Source: Paraphysomonas bandaiensis
Lineage: Eukaryota > Protista > Chrysophyceae
DNA length: 64,000 bases
NCBI GenBank assembly: GCA_965644295.1
Contig: CBFFRP010000025.1
Span: forward strand, 138,978 to 202,977
Reading direction: 5' to 3'
Shown piece by piece: positions 26,030-41,318 of this stretch. A program made the translations under genes and the position numbers. The number at the start of each line of letters is the position of its first letter. Positions within the stretch are counted from its first letter, which is position 1. Below the pieces are notes generated by a model, which was not told the origin of the DNA, did not search any database, and was given only the letters and a program-made list of their open reading frames with translations.

Positions 26030-27848
26030 CAGCGCATTCTCGATATATCGCGGAAAGTGTCCTGGAGAGGAAATCGCGATATATCGCAATATCGCGATAT
26101 ACAATTTAATAGTAAAATACAGCACTGTATTCCGCAAAGTCGTAGAGAGCAAGTTTAAGGAGCTTAAGACTATGCAATATATCCACAATGTCGTGTCTGT
26201 ATAGCATAGTACTCCTTGTACTGAATGGCACATGCAAAGAATTTGTGAAATAAGTTATATATCATTATTTATGGAATTTATGGTATTCAATTTCTTAACA
26301 CACTTACTACATTCCTAGCTAACAATAAGATAAAATTATTAAATTTCATGGACTTCAGAACCTTTAGTACGTGCTGAAAAAAACTGATGCAGAGAAGTTT
26401 GTACCTTAGAATGATTCTTGTGCCTTTCTGTATGAATATTATTCTGCACTTTTCTGAGGAGCTCAATATGCGCTGTTGAATGCCCCTCCTGGGTAGCATA
26501 ATCGAGTAACATTAAAACAGCATTGTCGGCTTGCACAGCAGTAATAGCACTATCATTTCCATTGGTGTTAATACAATCATCCTCGTCATCGTCATCGCCT
26601 TCGTCCTCTAAAGACATTGACTGCTGAAGTGCAGTGATACTGCTCTTATTTGTTCTTCATTATGTCTCATTATAATAAAGAATTGATCTTTATAATAGTA
26701 AAACAATGTTGTGATTATTAGAGTGTTAGTAATGAACACGATAGAGTGAAAATTATGAATAACAATATAGAACATAGCAATATTCAACCTATGTTGTACA
26801 GATGGTATGTACAAACTTAAGCATATACAATAGAGAGCTCATATAGCATAAAATAACCTGATAGCTGGTTCTTACACGCATTAAGGTTTCCGTAAATTGA
26901 ATTATTAGTACTTGTCTTATAATGTCACTTGATAATGAAACCCTACTGCTTAACCAATTAAAAGTTTTCTCATACTCATCCTCTGTATCAAAGTTTGACA
27001 TTATATGAGAAGTATTAACTTAACAACAGAAGGTAAACTTATACTCAATGCTTCAATTCAGCTTTCAATTGCCTGCACTTCGATGTTCACTCCAAAGTCA
27101 TATTACGCATTCGTTTGAGGTAAATATCCCCCAGTGCATTTTCCTTAGTGTACTCTTCAGTAAGTGCCAAACATGTCTCCGCCTTTTTCGGCTTTTGCCC
27201 AAGTTTCAATCAGGTGTCCAAGTGTTGCTATTTGTGAACTCCATGCATTCTCAGGGAATGACTCCAGAATGGTCTCATGAGCCTCCTGTTATTGAGGGTA
27301 TGTAACGAAGAAATTTCTCAATAACAGGTATTCGAAGTTCTTGCAGCACGCGACACTGAATATCATGAGACATATATCCTTCTTATGAGCAGACGTCCTT
27401 CGATGAGAGAAAAAGACTCTTGCGCATCATTACATTTCATCCTCAGGTTCGCATTCAACGAGAGTGTCGTCGACAGGATCTTATATTGACTCACTATCAC
27501 TCATGTTATCAATAAATGTGATTAATATACTATGGATATATGTTCATCTAGAGGTTTTTACCCCGACAAAAAATCTACATGGTAAGGATTCCAAATTTTA
27601 CCCCCCCACTCTCTCTCCAGGGTAAGCATTTTGGTAAGCATTTTCAAAAACTTACCCCGAAAATGCTTACCAGGGTAAACAGAAATTGATTTTCGGCGTT
27701 TTTTGGTAAGGAATGCTTACAAAAAAAATGCTTACCCTTGTAACAGAAAATGACCTCAGTTTTCCATGTGATGAAGTGTCCTGGACCAAAATCCGCGATA
27801 TAAAAGGGTATCGCGATATACATACCGCGATATATCGAGAATGCGCTG
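26030..27848 (-). mobile_element. pogo/Tigger-like (Tc1/mariner superfamily) DNA transposon with decayed transposase
   Basis: Perfect 24-bp TIRs CAGCGCATTCTCGATATATCGCGG with TA on both sides (26028-29, 27849-50); minus-strand remnant 26339-26617 has an acidic tract and KVQTSLHQFF typical of Tigger C-termini. Confidence 0.85.
27617..27740. mobile_element. Small palindromic MITE-like insert nested in the pogo element
   Basis: Ends cagggtaagcattttggtaagcatt / aatgcttacaaaaaaaatgcttacccttg are imperfect inverted repeats. Confidence 0.5.
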
Positions 27849-28064
27849 TATCCAGATGCTGTATCTACAGCAGATATATATTTCGGTATATGGAATACGT
27901 ATACCGTATACCATTCGAGGTATGGGGGCCACAAACAATAAAATATTATGACGGTATTCCTATTCCGGCATACCGCATACTACAAGCATGGTGCTCACCA
28001 ATGCCCACACAGCGCCTGCCTCTGTCAATAGACATCATTGCAGTGCAGTTGCAGTAATTATTAG

Positions 28065-30640
<2,576 letters not shown>

Positions 30641-31377
30641 TTGTATATTCATCATCGTAGCCATTATTTTTTTTGTCGGAATAGATATTGCCTATTTCTC
30701 GACCCAGTTTAGTGCATGGGGCATATTATTGTCGAAAAGTAGTCTGCTATTTCTGTAGTTTTTCTGCCTATTATCATAAGTTAATTTGTAGTTCATCTAT
30801 ATGTGGATGTTTATATCTATAGCAACAGTGCAATCACGGACACATATGAAGATAGGAAGGTATAAGCTATCAACAAGCCGAATTTCAGATCCTAATGAAA
30901 ATTCCAAGCACTGGATGCCTGATACTGTAGTTTAACAAGCCTCTTTATCACCTACATATCTACAACCCCCGAGGGATAACTGCTATTGTGTACAATACGA
31001 TTTTATAGAGCTACTAAAACTGTCAGACTAAGAGGATCTAATAGTTGGAAAGACAAGTTCAAGTTAAGCCAATGACTATTACTCTTAGAATAAAATAGCT
31101 ATATACAGAAAAGTCTTACTCTTGACATTATGTGGGATTGAGATCGAGAAAGCGAATTCTTATTCCTGTAATTATCAACACACTAATGATTCTTATACTC
31201 TTACAGAGCCCTTTGAAATTCAACAATATTTGGAACGGATGTTTTTAATTTTTGAATATTTCAGGTACTATTACAGTTTCATTGATGTCGCACACAACAT
31301 ATGATATTGATGAGAAATATAATAGAGATAGATGACAAGTCGTTTTCTATAATTCGCTGTCGAAAGATAGATAACAT

Positions 31378-32898
31378 TTAATCGAAAGTGATCTTCTTTC
31401 CTGTACCTCCTCCCGCAATGGTTCCTTTATTTCTGCTAGCAGATGTGGGAGTCGCTCCTCGTCCACCCCCTCTTCCTCTTCCTCGTCCACCTCTTCCGCC
31501 ATCACCTCTTCCACCTCCTCTTCCACGACCTCCACCAGCACCTCCTGCACCAAGACTATCTCTATTCCTTGGGGGAGCGTAATCCACGCGGATGTTTCGC
31601 CCGTTGAGCTCTGTGCCATAAAGCTTTACCGCCTCGTCGGTACTACTGCCATCGACGAACTGAACGTGCCCAAAACCTTTAAAGCTACCATCTTCCTGAG
31701 AAGTTGCAAACCTCACAAATTTGACCTCACCACATGCACCAAAGAGTTCATACATTTGATCCTCAGTAACGTCCCATGGAAGATTACCAACAAACACAGT
31801 GTCACAACCTTCTGGTTTTGTAGACGCATCCGGAGCAGAGCCAATGCTCTTGCGAGGAGCAGGTCTACCCTCAGTGATCTTAAGCCAGCGCTCAGTTTCA
31901 GGCCAGGTAGCTCCATCAAGAGCGAGGGCAGCATCGACCCCAGCTCTTGAAGGGAAAGAAACTACGGCAGTGCCGCTGGAGCGCCCCCCCTCGCCAAGAG
32001 GAAGTTCCACTCCACTTGATCCGCCACCGCACTCGGCAAAAAAATGAGCAACATCGTCTTCGGTGGCTAGCCATGGTAGCCCACGAATATATACACTGTG
32101 TGTTTCCCCGTCAGCAGCTGGGGCTTTCGAGGCGGGTGTGGAAGGAGCAGTCTCGATCTTCTTCTTCTTTGGGGCGGGCTTCTCGTCCTCGTCACTGCTA
32201 GAATCACTGTCGCTATCGCTGCTATCGGAATCAGAGGATTCCTCAGCTTTACGCTTCTTGGAGGCAGCGGTGGCGGTAACCTCCATCTTGTCGTCCTCAT
32301 CATCGGAGGAGTCGTCAGAGCTGCTATCACTGTCACTGGATTCTGACACCTTGGCGGCTGGCTTGGCTTCATCGTCAGAATCAGAGTCGCTATCGCTGGA
32401 ATCTTCGTCGCTGGAGCTAGATTCGACCTTAGCAGCAGGCTTAGCCTTCACGGGTTCATCTTCATCAGAGCTGCTGTCAGAATCCTCATCGCTGGATGAT
32501 TCTTCCTTCTTTTGGACAGCTTTAACAGGTACAGGTTTCGCATCCTCATCATCCGAAGAATCGGAGTCAGAATCACTATCGCTGGAACTATCTTTAGCAA
32601 CAGGCGTAGAGGTCTTCTTACCATTGGCAACTACAGGCTTCTCGTCTTCGCTGTCACTATCATCGTCACTACTGCTGCTATCATCGCTAGAGCTTGACTC
32701 TGCACTAATACTCTGCTTCTTTGCCACTAGAAAATGAGAATATACGGCGGATAAGCTCTCTGGGGTAGCGGACTTGATGGATTTGTTAAGAGAAGCTTCC
32801 TTCAACAGACTCTTCGCAGTGCTGGTCAAATTCTTCTCCAGAAGAAAGTGATATATGCTTGTATACAAGCCCTGTGTAGCTTCATCTGAGGTGGACAT
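31378..32898 (-). CDS. Nucleolin/Nsr1-like nucleolar protein with N-terminal LisH-like motif, Ser/Asp acidic tracts, 2 RRMs and RGG tail
   Basis: VYIRGLPW and VFVGNLPW..KGFGHVQF RRMs; RGG box; terminal GKKITFD as in nucleolin/Nsr1. Confidence 0.9.
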   Translation of the reverse strand: MSTSDEATQGLYTSIYHFLLEKNLTSTAKSLLKEASLNKSIKSATPESLSAVYSHFLVAKKQSISAESSSSDDSSSSDDDSDSEDEKPVVANGKKTSTPVAKDSSSDSDSDSDSSDDEDAKPVPVKAVQKKEESSSDEDSDSSSDEDEPVKAKPAAKVESSSSDEDSSDSDSDSDDEAKPAAKVSESSDSDSSSDDSSDDEDDKMEVTATAASKKRKAEESSDSDSSDSDSDSSSDEDEKPAPKKKKIETAPSTPASKAPAADGETHSVYIRGLPWLATEDDVAHFFAECGGGSSGVELPLGEGGRSSGTAVVSFPSRAGVDAALALDGATWPETERWLKITEGRPAPRKSIGSAPDASTKPEGCDTVFVGNLPWDVTEDQMYELFGACGEVKFVRFATSQEDGSFKGFGHVQFVDGSSTDEAVKLYGTELNGRNIRVDYAPPRNRDSLGAGGAGGGRGRGGGRGDGGRGGRGRGRGGGRGATPTSASRNKGTIAGGGTGKKITFD

Positions 32899-33237
32899 TT
32901 TACAGGGATTTATAGAATGAGACAGTCGTGGAAGTTAATGGATACTTCTTATGACTTTGTATAATTATGATCGCTAGTTGGAATACACTCCAGAGGACAG
33001 GGACACATCCCAGCCATCAGCACTTCACTTTGATTTTTAGCCAACCACTTTCAAGGAATGTATACAACGACCACGAAATGGCAGATTGGTATCTTGAATC
33101 GATAGTTGAAAACTGAAAATGGATGCATGGAGGAAGGAGCAGCAGTCTCATCGCACCCAATCATCATGTTTGTTAACGAGATATTTCTATTAACGCCTTA
33201 TCTGTACCCCATACACAGAGTGCACCCTGCATCATTA

Positions 33238-34118
33238 ATGGATGTCATGGATATCTCATCAGTGAAAAAGTTGAACCTTTATCTGATTCGTCATGCCGAA
33301 TCTAATAACAATTTACTGTATGACGCCATCAGCAGCGAAAATTTTGCAGAAGAAGAGTCCAAATTAAGAGAAGCTGACTGCGGGATTTCACAAACTGGCC
33401 AGGAACAGGTGCGCAGATTACACGAATATATTGCGAATGGTGGATTTGCGGATATTGCGAAGTCCCCGTTTACAGTATACACGTCTCCAATGAAACGCTG
33501 TCTGGAGACCGCCCTTGCAATTAGCTCGGGAATCCCTCAAGCAGCAGGTGTTCGGGTTTACCCTGAACTTTATGAAAGTGGGGGTAGCTACGTTACTGTT
33601 GACGGTTCAACAGTAGGGGTTCCTGGTACCACTAGTGCTGATGTTGCGGAACGATATCCTGGATTTATATGCGAAGAAGGTATAAGGCTAAATGGTGTAC
33701 CTGTATATTCATTAATGCCATAGGTATGGAGAATGGGTGGTATCATAGAGACCACAAGGAAACCAATGACGAGTTTGACACACGAGCTGCTGAAGTTGTG
33801 AGCTGGATTTGGCGAATGCTTGAGAAACCGGGGGCTGACGGACTGGCCAAAAGTGTGGTGATTGTGATGCATGGCAATCTAATGAGCGCCGTCATGAATG
33901 GTCTACTGTTTGGTTCACAGAATACTCGAGCGGGTCTCTTTCTTCATTGCAACACAGGCATTACACATATGGAACTTGTTGAGGTTGCTGGACGCCGTGT
34001 TGGAACTGTGCAGTGCAGCAATCATACCCCACACTTGATGCCAAAAGAGTCCGAGGAAGAGAACTTACGCACTGGAAATGACCTGTTCAAACACCAGTGG
34101 ATACAGGAGTTTTTGTAG
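33238..34118 (+). CDS. Histidine phosphatase (phosphoglycerate mutase superfamily); intron 33680-33723
   Basis: LIRHAES, SPMKRCLETA, ELYE, VMHGN, HCNTGIT; start ATG uncertain (33238 or 33247). Confidence 0.85.
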
Positions 34119-36148
34119 CTCATTCTGTCTGTTTCCTTGTAATAAACGCTGTGCTACGTGGTTCAATAGGTTAGCCTCCAAGTTTTTATAGTTGCAATAT
34201 GCCCTGCAGGTATTACTATTCTTTTGTGCGTCCCGATATGGCGTTCTATACTTCATTGTGTGTTCGTTGTATATTTTGTAGCTGTTGCTTTATAAAAGTA
34301 AATCTTCTGCAATACTGCGAGATTTCTCATCTATCAACCAGTCCAATGCAGAATTTGTTCGTGCGTTCGTACTGTACCTTTCTTACGTACATTGGATGTT
34401 ATCATGTTTCTTTCGACTCGAGTTGAGTGGCCAAAGTAGCTTACCTGTATTTAGTTTTATGATTTGCAAATGTTTTTTTGCAATTAAATTGCAATTATTA
34501 GCTATAGCTTGCGCAATTATAATTGCAATTATATTGTGCCAATTACTGTCTAATTAACTTAGTTACCCATTACAAGCACGTATAGCATCTTCAACCGTAC
34601 TTGCATTCCACAGAAATTTATTAAAGCGCAAGAACATAAGGGCCTCTATGAGGTGCCATAGATTTGCGCAGATCACTCATGTTAATTTTTGCTTTACTGA
34701 AAAACCTTTCTACACAACTAGTAGTAGAGTATATATGCTTCAAGCAGCGGTACTTAGTTCGTTTGGTAGTGCGTAGTCGCTTTAGTTCTTGGTGCGCGTG
34801 GTGTCTTCGTGTCTTCTCGCCAGTGAGTCGACATCATCATCTTCTTTTTCCTCTTCTTCAACCAGTAATAAAAGTTACATTGTGAGCAGTAGATATTACA
34901 TATAACTCAAAAACAACGCCACTGAAATATTAAATACATAGCATTGAATAGAATTTTCAAACCGTGATATGACAATAAGCAGAATATAATATTGCTAATA
35001 CAACAGTGTAGTGGTAAAATTGAAACAGTGTATAGTGTATAATATTATAGTAGCTCACAAGATTTACTTCACAAGATTGTAGTAGCTCAAGAACTCCTTG
35101 CGCTGACAACATCTAGTAAGTGTGTCATCTTCCTTCAAACTCCGGAATGGTTCAAGCAGCATTGATATAATGCAATCACATATTATTTCTTTAACTACTT
35201 TTGTTTTCACTATTATATAGTTAGAAAAGAAGAGCTCTACGAAGTTTCTATCAATTAGGCTCTCCAAGACCATGTTTTAATCAATGGCTGAGGTAAATGC
35301 GCTTTTCTTCACTAAATGTCAGGTCTACTAATCCTCATTTATGGCGACTACACAGAGGGCTGTTACCATCTCCACCATTGAGGTAAAAGAAATGAGTTAA
35401 AGTTGTTACTTCTCAATTGTTAATTCCGAGTGCACTATACATTTTACAACACCGAAAAAGTACAAAGAAGCACGACATTTTTCACTGGAGGTAAGATCTT
35501 AATTACATATCTGCGCGGAGGTAAGTTTCGTTTCTTCAAACTGCTAGTGGTCTGCGATGAGGTTTGTTTTACAATGGACATGTCCAAGTAGGAGAAATAT
35601 ATTTACTATACAGTCCTCCATAGTTTCAAAATACTACTTCTAATTAGGATTTCGCATCCAATTCCTTTCTTTGTACGATCTCCCCATTTTTCTGCTTCCA
35701 AATAGTTTTATGTTTCCGACTGTCAAGTTTGGGAGCGAAATGGTTTCTCGATATGAAGTCGCAAAATGATCGCACTCATTTTCTGAGCACCGAGTATCTA
35801 AAGTCCATATCCAGATATAGATATCTCTAGGCTAGATTTAAGTGTGCCGACGGCGGTACGTAGATATACATGTAGTGACTGTGCTCCATATATAATTTAT
35901 ACTAGCTATACTCTATACTCAATGGATATAGCTACTACATGTGTCGTACGTCGTGCTATTCATTGGTATTCTGCTGTCTGGGAATATCACGATCAGGCAA
36001 AAAAGTCCAAATATGTTGATCAAAAAACAGGATGTAACAAAAATTCGTGGCTTTTATGCTGAGAAAGGAAGTTTGAGGAAAAAGCATTTGATCATTCATC
36101 CGCATTGGCTTGGTTTCATATCTCATTTACAGTACCACAGTGCAGGCA

Positions 36149-37212
36149 ATGCTTTATTCTAGTAGTCTTTTGCAGCACTGTGTTTTGGTCTTCGCAGTTA
36201 TTTTTACGGGATATTTACGAGATACTTTAGCATCGAAGGAATGGGTGCTCAATAAACCTCGAAACTTCCCATATAAAATAAGGAGCGGGAATGCAATGAG
36301 TGGAACCTATTCGAATAGCATACAATGCAGTACTGAACAATTTCAACAGTCATTCAACTATTTGAAGAATCACACAGCGCATGTGCTTCATGGCGATGCT
36401 GAATCATTTGATGCCATAGAACATTTTTTTTGGAACACTTGCAACGGAGTTGTTTTGGAAATGGGGGCCGTAGATGGTATCACACATTCTGAGTCAGTCT
36501 TTTTTGAGCAATTAGGGTGGAGGCGCTTGTTAGTTGATGGAAATCCTGAGAGATTCGAAGCCTTGAAACAGAACACCGAAGCATTTGTAGTTGGCGCTGT
36601 TGTGTGCGAGTCCCCTCATGTGTTCCACTACTGTATTAACCGATACACCCCCTACGGATTCACTTCTGGTGTTGTGGAGTTCATGACACCTCAGTTTATT
36701 GGACGATTCCACCCACAAATTTACAAGGCGGGGACTCCGAAAGGCTCAGTGAATATCGACTGGAACAGCGCAAACATTTCTAAGGATTGCACAAGAGTGC
36801 AATGTATTCCGTTAGCAAGCGTTTTGAGAGAATCAGGCGTCTTTCATGTAGATTTCTTCATTTTAGATGTAGAAGGAGCTGAACTGGAGGTACTGAAGAC
36901 CATAGACTTCAAGGCTGTTACTTTTGACGTATTGGTGGTGGAGGCGGCAAGGGCAAGGGCCAGTATGTATAAGGAAAAGGTATACTCTTCCTACTGTATA
37001 TAATATAATCTTATCATTGACTTTGCACACCCATATAGGTGATTAAGTATCTGTCATCTCATGGATATGATCGAGTTGAAGTGCCACTCGATCAAACTGG
37101 TCGTAACATATGGTTTACGCGACGAGGATTTCAGCCTTCTTTTCGACCAGGAGTGCATCCTCTGCAATTTTCGGGGCTCCAGTTGTTAGGATCTCAACTA
37201 AGCCGGGGGTAG
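36149..37212 (+). CDS. FkbM-family (Methyltransf_21) SAM-dependent methyltransferase with N-terminal anchor; intron 36980-37038
   Basis: VVLEMGAVDGITHSES, GWRRLLVDGNP, HVDFFILDVEGAELEVLKTIDF. Confidence 0.85.
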
Positions 37213-38401
37213 CTGAGGACTTGGTCTGTATATGCTGATTCCCTTATGAGTAATAGCAAAGTGGAAAAGGTTCTTCGAAAGAATCGCATAATAGTGGGTG
37301 TAAATGTAGGACGAGGGATACAAAGACACGGATACAAGATACGTTACGGGCACATATTGTTGAGTAACGCCCGTAATGTATACAATACTGTAGACAATTA
37401 AAGGGTCCCTTTGAAGATTTCTTGTTATTATCGTTGACTTCGAATACGCTAGGTGAACGCAGGATCATGTGGGTTCAACAAAGCGCACTGAAGTACGTTA
37501 TATATAGTAGAAGTAAGTAACCGAACTTGAAATACCACACACACTCAATTACTTAAAATTGTTATAAACATATTTTATCACTCATTGTCGTTATTTAAAT
37601 TTATATCGTCACTGCATCACTACTACCAGTCCTTATTATCAAAGCACAAAAAACATTTAATCGATCTTATACAGTTTAATCATTTACTTTCATCGCATCT
37701 AGTTCCTATCGTAGCATTAATTCACATAATCTTGCTCTAAACTGCTGTATTCTTCAATTAACAGCTAAATTTTTTATTCCTAAAATCTAGAAATTGTATA
37801 TCAATTACCAATAAACATTGAAACAGGCGTCAGTCACAGTTTAAATATTAAGTATGCTAAGGGCATAAACAATAGTTTAAGGTCAAATAACAATATAAAG
37901 CATAATATCAAAAACACTGTAGATTAAGTATGAGAAAAAATGTGATGTGCCGTGCAATAGGTAGTCCTTGCTCTTGGCAGCAGTTATGATTTGTTAGCAA
38001 TAGGCGTGTAAGAGACAGAAATAATTCATCATTGTAAATTTGTAAATTAACTAACTAATTCTGATATCCCGATATTCTATTATTTAGCGCCACCCCTCAA
38101 CAAAGTCGGACTCGCACCTTTTATGGTGTTTTGGGGGATAAATACCCGAGATAATTCTCCGGGAAAACTAACGTGAGTCGCAAACACAGAGAACAGATAA
38201 CGTTCTGTCCAGTCATATAGCCGAATGTTTGTGTGGTACAGAGGACATTAATTAGTGTCACTTGTGTAGACGTCTTTGCGCCTTGACGAATAAACAGGCA
38301 TCCGGGAATGGGCCTACCTCAAGGGCATCCGGGGTATTTTCGGTTCCCTGACTTGTTAAAGTCAATCATTCGGGCTGTTAACCTTAAGGACAGAGAGCGA
38401 C

Positions 38402-38467
38402 AGTGGTTGCACCTTGGTGCTTGCGGTGACGCACAAGCAGCTTTCGTAGCGCCAAATAGTAGGATAT
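38402..38467 (-). repeat. Short dispersed repeat (second copy 46671-46736, + strand)
   Basis: Shared 66 bp 'atatcctactat..tacgaaagctgcttgtgcgtc.ccgcaagcaccaaggtgc.accact'. Confidence 0.7.
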
Positions 38468-38952
38468 CAGAGCTAAACAATGCTGAATTAGTTCTGAGTC
38501 TTAAACGACTACTGCTAATAGTCATACATTCACTTCTCAGCAGTGTTGAGTCAACAGTGTAGATTCCAAGTTTATTAAAAGTAGGTGGGTTAATATCAGT
38601 ACTGGTGAATAACGATAACAAAGTGAAGGTAGTAGTACGTAGTACTATGTACACTATTGCATTGACTTCTTTGAATAAGATTTACTTTTTGGTAACCGAC
38701 TTAAGTCGTAAAGTGGTATGACATAGTTCCTATTCTCAGCCAAGTACCGAAGGCCCGATTAACTCCACCTAACTTCAGATAAACTCATATAGAATCGTAC
38801 TAGTATTAATATAATTTTGTAGCGAATTTCAATCGCATACTGTTACTCGTTCACATAATACAGAATCATATGCTATACGATGTGCACTTCTGTTCCTCAT
38901 AATCATTTAAAGCACACTGAATTGTGGGTTATATATAAGCATATAACAATCA

Positions 38953-40263
38953 TCACGTTATGATTGATGACGTGAATACTTTTTCTATATCTTCCGCATT
39001 TGTACCAAAATCAAGGGTAGATATATTTTGAATATCTTCGGGAGTAGAACGCATGACTGTTTTAATAACACCAAGTGCTCCCCTTCCTACCTTTGTAGTA
39101 GTCAATCGTCGGATATCCACTACGCCCTGCCCCTGGTACTTGAGAACAACGTTACGACCGGCACACTGCACTGTGTGAATGGATATATCTGTGAAGTTTT
39201 CCACAGCACAGCTAGGAGATATATCATCCTTGGTAACTCCAGGACCTCTCGTATTAAAAATAGGATCCTCTGAAGGATTACAGCGATTTGGGTTACCAAA
39301 GAGAGTAGCGATAGACAGAGCAGGGATAGAGGGATCGAACTCCGCATATAAAGATTGCTGTGGAAGTACTGGGTGGATATAAGTCAAAGATAACAAAAAT
39401 ACTACTGCAGCCTAACACATACATGCAAAATATGAAGGTCGCGCGCTTTCTCGCAAGGCTTCCGATGTTGCTTGAAAAAGTCGGATGGCACACACGAAAT
39501 CACTCTTGTTCAATATCTCGACATATCCAGACTCATGGGCAGCTGTCCCGTCTGATCGGCGCATGATCTTTTCTCCCTCACCATAGAGACTACCATAATT
39601 CAGTAGGATTTCTGGACTAGCTGCCTCCACAATGTAATCACTGGAAGTTTTCTCGCGGAACTCCCGGTAAGCATTTTTGAGGTATCTCTTCACTCTGGAT
39701 CCCGGCCCTTCTCCAAAGCGGCAACCAATGCAAATCCTACTTCGATCGGCCGTATCTGTATTATCAGTTTGTGCACGATCTGTATTTGAGTCGGTGACAC
39801 CCTCATTCTTTTTCTTTAAATACTTGTATCCTTGATAGGCAAGTGAATATTTACCGGGGTACCACTTTCCATCCTTCGCACTCTCTTCGGAAGTGTTTGA
39901 ATTCGTTTTCAATGCCGGATTTTTTCTTCCCAAAAATTTTCCTTGTTAATCGTAACATTATTAGCCACATATGATATACACAATACACCTACCTGGGTAC
40001 CACTTTCCAGCCTCTTCTCTCCCCATAAGCTCCTTTATCTCACTCACACCTACTGTATTCGGAGGAGCACAGTCTTCGCAATATATCCCTCCACATTCAC
40101 GACAATGATGTTTACGCACCAATAAAGAAAACTCGACGCCACATCCCAATCGCCGACAGCACAATATGGCCGAATCTTCATCCCATATAGTACCGTGATA
40201 GTCACTCAAATCTTCAGTGTTTTCACGGCTGAGCTTTCCAATGAAAGCATCAAAGCTTGTCAT
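38953..40263 (-). CDS. FYVE zinc-finger protein, multi-exon
   Basis: WDED..C..C..FSLLVRKHHCRECGGIYCEDC and distal RICIGC; ORFs 39961-40263, 39412-39933 and 38953-39396 are separated by intron-sized gaps. Confidence 0.82.
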
Positions 40264-41318
40264 GCGTTTATTTACGTCAACAACTACGCTGCACTTCTGT
40301 GTGTGATTGTGAAGTCTTATAAGTTCAGCTCATATGTTTGTTTGGCACGATGTTGTAGGAGGGACTTGCGTGTGGAGTATTTGTTTATCCGTGTATTTTT
40401 TATTAAAAATCCCCGATTTTTATATATATATAACAACTGGTATTTACATTCAAACTGAACCACACTCCTCTCAAGGCATGCCACTCCTTCGTATGTATGC
40501 AAAATATGATATGGACGAGAGGTGACCAGCGGCGCTTTAAAGATAATAGGTGGAATCGAAGAGCTCTTTCAAAGCAATCGTCGACAGCTCGTAACTTGGA
40601 ATATCTCTACACCCGTTGCCTGGAAATTTTATGGCCAATAATTATTGGGACAAATTTCGTTGGAAGAAGCGTCGTACGTTATTCAGCTGTTGATAAGTTA
40701 ACCATTAGTGTAAGCAACATGTTACAACTGTTTGCTGCGTATCTCGTGGAGTGATTCCTCCAACGACGTGTTGAACGAGTAAAGTACAAGAGGTAGGGAA
40801 CAATGTATTGTATTGTACAATATATTGCTATTTTGAATGTGGGAGGATAGACCTCAACATATTGTACGCAATAGTGTTGTCTGTACTCATTAATAGTAAT
40901 TGCTACTTCAATCTGAATGCCGAATGATGTCACAATTGGTAGGGTATTTCCTGCCAAAATCGAATCATATTCTACTATGGGGGTTCTACATGTGATGCTG
41001 ACTGGATATCGTTGTGTAGTTTTCATCTTTTAATACAGATCATTGTTTTACAATACAAAATTATTATGTGAAATACCTGAAACCTTATTCTAAATATAAA
41101 CTAAAGTATTTCATTCTTAAATATATCTAGCTACCAGACTGCTCAACAACGAGCGCTTGATGAGTTCTATCATTTGCTGTACTTGTACTTGCATGAATAT
41201 TAATTCGATGATGAAACTAATTACCCATGCTAGATATAGATACTAATTACGATACGTGTAACGTTAGGGTGTAGTAGTTTTACATATATTGCGAAACAAT
41301 CATCAATATTGTCTCTGT

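Noticed and set aside
34900-35600. Possible small minus-strand spliced gene
   Set aside because: Only a 69-aa ORF without recognisable homology.
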